Both the position numbers and the translations under genes were made by a program. A stretch of DNA of 20,000 nt from Welwitschia mirabilis (lineage: Eukaryota): positions 17,295,526-17,315,525 of the forward strand of contig JBOZIK010000001.1 in NCBI GenBank assembly GCA_051453625.1. Reading direction: 5' to 3'. How positions within the stretch are numbered: position 1 is the stretch's first letter; every line of letters starts with the position of its first letter. Positions 1-9,600 of this stretch are shown here, piece after piece. Under the pieces are notes generated by a model, which saw nothing but the letters and a program-made list of their open reading frames with translations, did not search any database and had not been told where the DNA came from.

Positions 1-429
1 TAAACTTTCTAAGAGCTTTTTTTGAATCGTGCACATAAAACATTACTACCTATGTAAAAGCTGCAACCAAAGACAATCCTATGTGTAAATGGTTTTGGTA
101 TAAACACTATTTGTATAATATACTTAATTTACAATTTCAACCTCTTTAATGTTCTGCTAAACTTAGTACTACACATGGTTGCCTTGCATTGGCTAAATAC
201 ATTTTTAAAATATTAAAAAGTCACAATAAAAAATACATGAAAATGCATAGTTTAATGCAAGAACATTATTTTAATTGAAAAAGATTATCATGATGATTAT
301 AATCATAGAAAAGTTGAAACAAAATGATGGTTTCAATGTTTAAAGGAAAAAAAAAAAATTAATCATGAAGCCTCAAAAATTATTACTTTGTAAAATAAAT
401 TCTTTTTTTAATTCATTATCTTATCCAAA

Positions 430-600
430 GGATATCAATGAAGGATATAAAAACATCTTGAATATGTGTGAAAATCAACTAATAGGAAATTATTATTTCT
501 AAATATGATGTATTAATGGCAACTTCGTATTGTTACTTCATCAAGGACTAGAGAATGTAAAAGAAGGTTTCCAAGGATGAATAAGTTCAATAGTGATAAG
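430..600 (+). mobile_element. Degenerate hAT-family transposase fragment (C-terminal dimerisation domain)
   Basis: 493-600 translates LFLNMMY*WQLRIVTSSRTRECKRRFPRMNKFNSDK, resembling the hAT dimerisation pattern (FPN...LWQ....P.ST..CERGFS.MN.IK). Contains an in-frame stop; no TIRs identified. Confidence 0.5.
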
Positions 601-1611
601 CTCTTATTTATCATTCAATGTTGTTTGTTTGCAAGAAAAAAAAAATATAGAAATATAGAAAGAGAGTCATAAAATAGTGTGCATTTATGTATGAAAACAT
701 TTAATTTGGTTTGTATGCTTGGAGAAGAATTTTAGATTAATGTGTATTTTGGATCAAAACAAGAAGTTTGCATTGTTGAAAGACATTAAATTTACGTATA
801 TCCTTGCATGAACATTTATGGTCATACAATTAAAAAGAACTTCATGATTATTGTGCTTATAGTTAGTAACCATACTTTGACACATAGGATTTAAGAAAAT
901 ATTACATTCATTCTATGAACACATTGTCTTCTAGCTAATGCCAATCTACATGTTATATATTAATTGAGTAGAGCTATTATAAAGGCCTTCAAAAAATTAA
1001 TTTCAATGTTTGAGGTGAACCTTAAGATACTTCACTATAAAGCCTCAAAAACCTCTTAAGGCAAAACTGTCTCTCTTTTATATCTCCTTGTGAAATGTTA
1101 TTTTCCTTTCCAATGGAATGCTCTTTAGCCACGATGTAATTTTTTGTTTGTTTGTTTTCTTAGATATACAGTCACCTTTTCGAAAAAGAAAATAGAAAGT
1201 GCTATGTTTAAATATTATGTGTATAATATGTATTGTGAAAATTCAACTTTCATTAGATTTTTATAAATTTATTATCATTTATCCATTGTAACATCAAAAA
1301 ATTGATTCTTGCAAAGCAAATAAATAAATGAGCAATAATAATTCAGTTGTTATACACATCTGTTCGCCTATTTTCTAAGAAAATAAAAATGTTTCTCAAA
1401 TGCAGAGGCATAAAAGACTTCAGACTTCACATTGAAGCGGAAACCTTCTGTCTGCCCTTCTGTTTTTATGCCAGTATCTGCAATAAAACAAGGTTAAAGA
1501 ACAAAGAAAAGCACATGAAAGTCTCAAATATATCCATGGATAAACTATTCCATCAATAATCAATATCAGCAAAACTTATCTCCTCTGATTACTGATTCGT
1601 CTTTGGGTTTC

Positions 1612-2019
1612 TCACGAACTGTCATCATTGTCAAGATCCCCAGAATCTGGCAATAGTTTCTCCATCAAAATCTCATCTTTCTCAAACCCTAGAAAAGTTT
1701 CAGTCTTTCTCCCGCTATCGCATGACGAATCGTCTCTGGAAGCAAAATTCAGAAGCTGTTTCTTCTTCAACATCCTCGGAAGCAAAGTCTTCATCTGTTC
1801 ACACGCAAGTCCGTCCGTCTCGAACCGATAATTCACTGCAACGATGCCAACAAGACCTGTAACAACATCTGCAATCGATGGACGGTTCGCAGCCTGCTCC
1901 TGCAAGCACATATTAGCCAGAGACAGCGCTTGGGAGAAGTATTTCACTGGATATTGGTCGCGCAGCAAAGGATCTGCAACTTCCAGAAACCTTGTGGGAT
2001 TTACAATAAACGGCCGAGC
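1612..2019 (-). CDS. PBS1-like RLCK-VII Ser/Thr kinase, last coding exon (subdomains X-XI and C-terminal tail)
   Basis: Acceptor tttgcag|GCT at 2020/2019. Reads ARPFIVNPTRFLEVADPLL...MCLQEQAANRPSIADVV...DDSS, with TGA at 1614-1612. Joins the upstream exon as LVKW|ARP, the usual RLCK-VII junction. Confidence 0.92.
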   Translation of the reverse strand, partial: ARPFIVNPTRFLEVADPLLRDQYPVKYFSQALSLANMCLQEQAANRPSIADVVTGLVGIVAVNYRFETDGLACEQMKTLLPRMLKKKQLLNFASRDDSSCDSGRKTETFLGFEKDEILMEKLLPDSGDLDNDDSS

Positions 2020-2124
2020 CTGCAAACATGTGGAAATCTCACAGTCGTCTCAGCATCCATTAAGTCAGCGTCTTTGTTTCATTTTTTTTGGAAACGGAAA
2101 ATCAGATTACAGAAGATTACTGAC

Positions 2125-2516
2125 CCACTTAACCAGGTTCTGTTCCTCGTGCGGTCTGCTTTCGTCAATAGCTCTTCTTCCAGTGAGCAATTCCAGTAAC
2201 ACAACTCCATAGCTGTAAACGTCGGATTTTGCAGTCAATCGGCCAGTCATTGCATATTCTGGGGCGCAATATCCATAAGTTCCCATTACCCTAGTGGAAA
2301 CGTGAGAATGATCTCCAGTCGGCCCAAGTTTCGCGAAACCGAAGTCTGATAGTTTTGGTTCCAGGTTTTTGTTTAGCAGGATGTTTGCTGCTTTCAAATC
2401 TCTGTAAATGATTGCAGGCTTAACTTTCAGATGCAGGTATTCTAAGCCCTCTGCGGTTCCCATTGCTATCTTCATTCTAGTGTTCCAGTCCAGTGGCTCC
2501 TTCCCTGCAGCAAGGT
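2125..2516 (-). CDS. PBS1-like RLCK-VII kinase, internal exon (392 bp; subdomains VI-IX)
   Basis: Acceptor tctgcag|AC at 2517/2516, donor TGG|gtcagt at 2125/2124. Encodes [63 protein letters not shown] and [22 protein letters not shown]. Confidence 0.95.
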
Positions 2517-2615
2517 CTGCAGATTCGAACCGATAGTGAATTTATCGGGGTTCTGTAAAAGAAGTGAAAATTGTTCGGAATGCAATGTGCAGAACAAACG
2601 AAAAATGTTGTATAC

Positions 2616-2805
2616 TGTGGAGGTGATGCTCCAGAGATCCCTCAGACATGTATTCGTAGACTAAGAGTCTTTCATCCCGCTCTGCGCAGTATCCAATAAG
2701 GTTTACGAGATTCTTATGATGAACAATACTGAGCATCAGGACTTCAACCAGAAATTCTCTGGGGCCTTGTGCTCCCTTTTTGTTCAGTTGCTTCACTGCC
2801 ACAGG
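2616..2805 (-). CDS. PBS1-like RLCK-VII kinase, internal exon (190 bp; subdomains II-V)
   Basis: Acceptor gtgcag|CCT at 2806/2805, donor CAC A|gtatac at 2616/2615 (phase 1, A+AC=Asn). Encodes [63 protein letters not shown]. Confidence 0.93.
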
Positions 2806-3049
2806 CTGCACCACATCCAGAGAACATAACACTCACCAAATCCTCAATGTAAAACCTTAGATCATTATAAACTACAATCTTTTTTCGTTTATTTATTTTA
2901 CTATCAAATTTCTAGGTCTGGCCTTTCCTGTGTGGTTCCTAGGTCACGCGCTGAAGCTCCCTCAATAGAAAACATTGAAAGTTCACTACTTTTAGGTATA
3001 TGGTCAAAAAACAAGTATATAAAGGTTGTTAATCTTTTAAACTTTATAA

Positions 3050-4837
3050 TTTTTGTTAAGGTAGAAAGAACCAGTTGAAAGTAGAGAAGAAACTTTAATA
3101 GAGCCCAAAAAAATAATAGTATAATTACTTAAATTAATATTTAAGAGTTTTAGCCTTTTTTGTTTTAGTAATATAGTTTACTTATATATTTGAGATATGT
3201 ATAACCAATAAGTAAATGAAATTCGTAGGGTTTGAACTAAAATTTTCTTGTTTTTTTGCCTTTTTGCGTTTTTATGTTTGTTATTCTTTCTTATTGTGTT
3301 GCATATAAAATTTAATTTCTCTTAATAGTGAATATTAGGATTAGGTTTTGATCATTCTGTTTTAGCGATTACATGAACAAAAAAATGGTGTAGGAGTTTA
3401 GAAGAGGCACATCTAGGGTTTATACCATGTTTGAGATCTATTATTGCTATGTAGATATTTTATCATATCTATAAAAACTTGCAAAAATTGTACCACATGT
3501 ATAAAAACTTAGTGTAGACATAGAGAAATCGTGGCTTACCTAACACTATTGTTGGTTCTTTATTTTTGGTTAGATTCTCTAATGACCCATTTGGAGCCAT
3601 TGATGTCAATATGTATACAATTGAAAACTTTGGTCAAAGGCATTATGATTTGTGGAAAATGAAAATTACAAATGTGATACATGAGGAAGGACAACAAACT
3701 GTTCTTTTTGGAAAACCTTAAATTATCTAATGAGGAATGGTTGATCAAAGGGCCTTTGGCTTAGCTCAAAGGTGCATTGCTAATTCCATCTTGATTAAGT
3801 ACCAAGAAGAAGAATATTTAATGATTCTCTGACTAGGAATGCATACAACAAGTTTTATCTCTATAAAATGCTTCATTAGATAAACATGCAAATTTTGGAA
3901 GTAATAGATTCTAAGGTTTACAAAATGCTTCATCAAATAGATATGTCAAAATTTAGGAGCAATAGGATTTAAGGTTCTAGGTGATGAAAGTTTATTAAGT
4001 TTATTGGATGCTTTGCCAAAAATCTAAGGTTATTTGGTGATGATGAGTAGTACCAATACCTTTATAGCTAGGGACTATGCTAAAGTTATTGGTCTTGTTG
4101 CTTTGGAGGATGATCCTCTTTGATTTTTGTAGTTAGGAAAACATTTTTATGCTAACATAGAGTTCATAAAACCTAGTTGCATTGAATCTCCTAAAAGTTT
4201 TGGAAGGCCCTTCTTCTAAGGTTACAAATAACCATTTGGCAAAGACCTTAAAGTTTGTTGTAATTGCAACATAGCTCTTCATTACCATTCCCAACCTATT
4301 TTGATCAATTTGGAAAAGGATGCTTTAGTCTTATTGATGGTTGTTTACATGTTGAGATCAACTCCAGAAAGCTTTAATCTTGTTGGTGTTGTTTACATGT
4401 TGAGATTAGATCCATATTTCAATTACTTTGCATTGGTGGAGAAGTTACCTTTTTATTAAGTGGGAGATTGTCAGTGTTTGAAGTAAAAATTTTTATTTGA
4501 ACTCTTATGTAATGTTATACTTTTATTAAGAAAGATTAGCCTTTAGTACTTCATTTACATGTTGTAATTAAGGTAAGACCTATAAATAAAGGAGGGAGAA
4601 AACCACGTAATTAAATGAAGGATGAGAATTAGGGTTTCAAGCTAGGCTTGGTTAGAACCTTCATGCTATTTAAAGTGCTTGGATCCTTACATTGTACAGT
4701 AGCAAAGTCAATTACATAACTAATACCATAGCTTTTTCTTGTGTATTTTTTTATTTTCTTTTTCTTTTTTGCCTTTTCCATGTTTCACTTTTTTTTTCCT
4801 TTTTGTTGCCACTATGCTTAAATAACTTTTCACAACA
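3050..4837 (+). mobile_element. Small degenerate Ty1/copia LTR retroelement, gag only, inside the kinase intron and antisense to it
   Basis: From 3611: MYTIENFGQRHYDLWKMKITNVIHEEG..KP, then after frameshifts EEW..DQRAFGL and LGAIGFKV..ESLLSLLDALP (Tnt1-type gag). A partial zinc knuckle CCNCNIALH starts at 4256. A copia-type PPT aagtgggagat abuts TG at 4469. The 5' boundary is approximate. Confidence 0.75.
4469..4837 (+). repeat. Putative 3' LTR of the copia element
   Basis: Starts TGTCAG directly after the PPT, contains cctataaata (4579-4588) and a T-rich U5-like segment, and ends ...cacaaCA at 4837. Patchy similarity to ~3140-3327 (ttagccttt, tagggttt, ttttttgcctttt), the presumed 5' LTR. 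The end position is inferred. Confidence 0.55.
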
Positions 4838-5368
4838 AATATCGTTTTTATAAATTAACTTTTTATGACTAACTACCAAACCTAAACCCTGAAAACAATG
4901 AAATCTTGTAAGGTTAGTCACCTATAATGTTTGGCCATAAGTTAAATATCTTAAAAATTATTTATTTACACCTCATGCCCATTCTCACTTTGATGTTTTG
5001 ATAAAGCAGAATTTCCCTTAGAAAAATTGATACTAAATACCAAATATGCTATAAAGCGTAGAAAGCCTCCAAAACTAAGAGGCTTTTCTGTCTTCTCTGT
5101 TGATGTCTCCAATTGTTTACTGTCANNNNNNNNNNNNNNNNNNNNNNNNNNNNNNNNNNNNNNNNNNNNNNNNNNNNNNNNNNNNNNNNNNNNNNNNNNN
5201 NNNNNNNNNNNNNNNNNNNNNNNNNNNNNNNNNNNNNNNNNNNNNNNNNNNNNNNNNNNNNNNNNNNNNNNNNNNNNNNNNNNNNNNNNNNNNNNNNNNN
5301 NNNNNNNNNNNNNNNNNNNNNNNNNNNNNNNNNNNNNNNNNNNNNNNNNNNNNNNNNNNNNNNNNNNN

Positions 5369-5388
5369 AACAGAAGGGTTTGTTGTAC
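5369..5388 (-). CDS. Visible 5' end of putative kinase exon 2 (remainder in N gap 5126-5368)
   Basis: Acceptor tgtttttatcag|GT ACA ACA AAC CCT TCT GTT (xTTNPSV), phase 1, compatible with the donor at 6248/6247. The missing pre-kinase motif and Gly-rich loop would fit in the 243-N gap. Confidence 0.55.
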
Positions 5389-6247
5389 CTGATAAAAACA
5401 ACGCCCAGGAAATGTTTAGGATAAGTTTTCAGTAACTGAAAAATGAAATTCTTCATTTATCTGCTGCAAATCATCATCCTGAATACTGTGATGGACCTCT
5501 GTCAGACTGATTTCAGAAGGGAATGAAGGAGAAAACACGGTATTGTCTAATGTATCCAACGTTTTCGAATACTTGTGCAATGACACAGGCTGAAGAGGAT
5601 TTAAGAGATGTTGCTTGGCTGTTGGATCACAATCCCAAGGTCATGATTGCCGTTGGATTTGCAGAAGGTTCAGAGTGCTCTCTGCATCTTCACAAGTAAC
5701 GTCTCTGTCTTGCTTTTACTAAACACAACATTCTCAGCTTAAAACAAAATACTCACTCCACTGTCTCATTTGACATGTCTATGGATTATCGTTCCCACTG
5801 GCATCTGTCGGTTACTATGGTCTATTCTAGTTAATCATGAACAAGGATAATTTAATTATTATATTACGTTAAACATGAGACTGTTGTTAGGCTAATCATG
5901 CTAATGCATCAACATCATATCGTATAGATCGTTAGAATCATTATAAATTGTCATAGAGGTTCTTGTAGCTTATATTCGTGACGAAACTAAAGGAGAATAA
6001 TTGCAGATCAGCAAGAGCACTAGCTTTTCAGTAACGGAAGTTAAGAGGCATCTTAATTATACACAGTGCTTTGGATCTCATGTTCAGTTGCAGAAGAGAT
6101 TTGGTGCTGAAATGCACTAGTGGTTTAAACCAACCAGAATTCAAATCGAGTCTTCAAATCCATCATCACAGCTTAAATATTCTAACCACAAAAACACAAA
6201 GCTCCAACATGAAAATTACAGAGATCAAAAGGCGAATAAGGACATAC

Positions 6248-6290
6248 GCGAAGAGGAACCGACGCCACTGGATGCTCGAGATCTAAAAGA
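6248..6290 (-). CDS. Visible 3' end of putative kinase exon 1 (start codon presumably in N gap 6291-6731)
   Basis: GC-rich, Ser-rich frame SFRSRASSGVGSSS+C followed by the strong donor gtatgt (6247-6242). C+GT=Arg joins in frame to the exon starting at 5388. Confidence 0.55.
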
Positions 6291-7381
6291 NNNNNNNNNN
6301 NNNNNNNNNNNNNNNNNNNNNNNNNNNNNNNNNNNNNNNNNNNNNNNNNNNNNNNNNNNNNNNNNNNNNNNNNNNNNNNNNNNNNNNNNNNNNNNNNNNN
6401 NNNNNNNNNNNNNNNNNNNNNNNNNNNNNNNNNNNNNNNNNNNNNNNNNNNNNNNNNNNNNNNNNNNNNNNNNNNNNNNNNNNNNNNNNNNNNNNNNNNN
6501 NNNNNNNNNNNNNNNNNNNNNNNNNNNNNNNNNNNNNNNNNNNNNNNNNNNNNNNNNNNNNNNNNNNNNNNNNNNNNNNNNNNNNNNNNNNNNNNNNNNN
6601 NNNNNNNNNNNNNNNNNNNNNNNNNNNNNNNNNNNNNNNNNNNNNNNNNNNNNNNNNNNNNNNNNNNNNNNNNNNNNNNNNNNNNNNNNNNNNNNNNNNN
6701 NNNNNNNNNNNNNNNNNNNNNNNNNNNNNNNTTCATTAGGAGAGCTAGCAAAAAGTTTACATTTTTCTTTTCTTGGAAATTTGGCAAATATTTAGATTCA
6801 ACTCTGAGGTTGGTCTTTGCTGTTAAACATCTGGAAAATGAATTATTTTTAAACTTTGTTAAATATGGCACAGTTTAGATCTGTTTGTTTTTTAAAAATA
6901 TTAAAATGAATGTTTTATTTTTTATTGTAAAGGTTAAAATGATATGAAATTAGAAACATTTAGTTGTTTCTTAAGACGTTCACACAAAATGTTTAACTTA
7001 GAGACTTTAGGGACNNNNNNNNNNNNNNNNNNNNNNNNNNNNNNNNNNNNNNNNNNNNNNNNNNNNNNNNNNNNNNNNNNNNNNNNNNNNNNNNNNNNNN
7101 NNNNNNNNNNNNNNAAAAACGTTCACACAAAATGTTTAACTTAGAGACTTTAGGGACTATTACTTTCTTCAAAGTTATAGATAAGTAAAATATACAAAGT
7201 TAAATCTACAATCTCCTATATAGAAGATAAGTCTTTCACCAATGGGACTGTCACCGTATTGGAAAAGTTTATGCAAATTAAATATTTATAACTTATATTA
7301 GAAGTATAATACTTTAAAATCTAAATATAGTTTCTTAATCCTTATCCTTCTTGTTATAGGAAGAATCCCTCAATGTTGTAA

Positions 7382-9600
7382 TGTTATATCTTATATACTA
7401 TAATAGTGGCCAGGGAATGTTTGTAGTGGGCAAAAGATATTAATAAAGGTATTAATAAAAATGTTCTTTTTATCAAGTTGGATTATGCTAAGTTTTACAA
7501 TCCAATTAAGTTGGATTTCATTCTTCAAGTTCTACCTAAGTTTGTCTTTGGTCCTAAATTACTTGATATTGTTAGCTATTTATTTGTGACGCTAATGCTT
7601 GAATAGCTATAAATTTTAGTGCTAGCTCTTATTTTACTATTCATTATTGAGTGAGGCAAGGTTGTCCTTTAGTGCCTTATCTATTATTTACCCTAGAAAA
7701 TTTTCTTTTTCATTAGGTTTAATAGAATATTTAAAGTAATGCTACAAAGGGCATCATTCTCTTTGATCTTAATAATCAAATTCTCAGTACATATTTTCCT
7801 AACAAGTCCTTCTTTTTAATCAATAATGATTCTAATAATATTAATCAATTTTTGTACTAAACTAACAATAATTTCTATCTTTCAATGTATTTTATTAATT
7901 GGTTAAAATCATCTATTTATAATTTTACATGAAATTATTAAAATTTATGAGATAAGAGTTGAAAATTTGTGTAAGATTAAGACATTCTTAAGATTTTAGG
8001 GATTTCTTCTAGTTTCCAAGTTTTTTCTTCTTTTCTTTGAGATTAGGCTCTTGTTGGAGTTCAGAAAAATATTAAAAATGGAAAATAAGATCTCTTATCC
8101 TAGTAGATAAGTTCCTAGTTTATAAGACTATTCTAGTTTCTACTCATGCTTATTATTCCCCTTGTTAGGCACTTTCTTAGATCATGTACTAGACATTAAA
8201 TTTATTATTTAGGAATATCATGTAATCATCTAAATATTCTCAAAAAGTATTTCATCATAAAGCATGGATATAACTACTTCACATAAAAATTGAGGTAGTC
8301 TAGGTTGTATGAATTCTTTTTAATCATGGTCTTATGTTGGTGAACTAGTAGCTTTTCTAGCATCTAGATTCTTAAAATATTACTAGGAAATTATTATAGC
8401 TCCATTTTTAGCAAGATTTTCCTCAAAAATAAGACCGTTTGTGAAGGCATTTAATGTATTAATTTGATTATCTTTTCACAAAAATCTAATACTTAAGCAT
8501 AAATGTTTTTCATAGTATTTAGAGAGCTTGAAAAAAATTATTTGGATTAATTGATTAGGAAAAATACTTTTATGCATTTAAATATCCTTACTTATGTTTG
8601 TCCTTAATGGCTGTTATTTTCATCTACTCTAATTTCTTCCATGGATGTTAGGTTATCAACTTGTTTATATTAGAAAGATGTTATATTTCTAAATTTTGTA
8701 AGGTTAACAGGTCAATAGATTTCCTAGGAATAATTAANNNNNNNNNNNNNNNNNNNNNNNNNNNNNNNNNNNNNNNNNNNNNNNNNNNNNNNNNNNNNNN
8801 NNNNNNNNNNNNNNNNNNNNNNNNNNNNNNNNNNNNNCAACAGGAATAGTAACTTAATAATTTTTGCATTTAAACCTTTTACTTTTTGTAGTTAATTCAT
8901 AGTCCATTTTCTTTTGTTTCTTGTTATTACATAATTTAGCATAAATAAGAACATAACCATTTCTAGTAAATGCCTTTAGAAAAGTTTGGAAACTTCTAGT
9001 ACTTCCAAATATTAAGTATTTTCTTTGGTATTTTCTTTATCAATTTTATTTATTGATGTCAAACTTTAGTAGATGGGCATCTATAAGCTAGTATGCCTTT
9101 AGTCTAATGTATTTGAAAGTTTTAATCATGTTTTCTAGCAATATCCTTATACTAGAAACAACTATATTTGGATATGCAAAATACTTTAGAACATTCAACT
9201 TTTAAAAAATGTAGTATTCTTTAGATTTCATCCAAATATCACTACTCATCTCAACTTTCTTTATAGATTTATCCATCTTATTAATTTATATCAAATTTGC
9301 AAGTGTGGATGCAATCTAGCATTTCCTAGGATAAAGTATTTCACTTTCCATCATTTAATTATTTAGGAAAAATCTAATATTTTGTCAGATATTTAACTTC
9401 AAGTTTAAACTCAAGGGAAGAAGGCCTAACTTAAGGTTAATTACCTTATATACTTCTCAAGCATTGGTTAATGGATCATAGTTTGTTATTACTTTCTATT
9501 AGTTAGCTATAGTCATAAAATCAGAAATTAAAACTTTCATATAATGTCTTTTCTAAGTTCTATTTAGCTTTATCTTTATTTTAATCAAACTAGTAGTTTT
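7382..9600 (+). mobile_element. 5'-truncated, decayed non-LTR retrotransposon (L1-type LINE ORF2 reverse transcriptase region)
   Basis: YILYTIIVARECL*WAK (~7385), IKLDYAKFYNPIKLDFILQVLPKFVFGPK (7472), VRQGCPLVPYL (7651), YFPNKS at the FADDS position (~7792), KWKIRSLILVDKFLVYKTILVSTHAYYSPC (8076). Many stops and frameshifts. Motifs are clear to ~8330; the 3' limit is a guess and could reach ~10150. Confidence 0.8.

Noticed and set aside
1347..2212. Plus-strand ORFs 1347-1559, 1628-1831, 1844-2212 and 1930-2199
   Set aside because: Antisense shadows of the kinase exons and 3' UTR, with no recognisable motifs.
2831..2836. Minus-strand gtgagt donor-like site just upstream of the 2805 exon
   Set aside because: It would define a ~31-nt intron, too short for a plant spliceosomal intron, and the upstream frame has no kinase subdomain I.
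4878..4891. Telomere-like aaacctaaaccctg, plus tagggttt at 3226, 3414 and 4630
   Set aside because: One or two units only; such motifs are common in plant LTRs and do not form an interstitial telomeric array.
6976..7157. Exact 39-bp direct repeat (6976-7014 and 7119-7157), superficially CRISPR-like
   Set aside because: Only two copies separated by a 100-N placeholder gap; an unmerged contig overlap in eukaryotic DNA.
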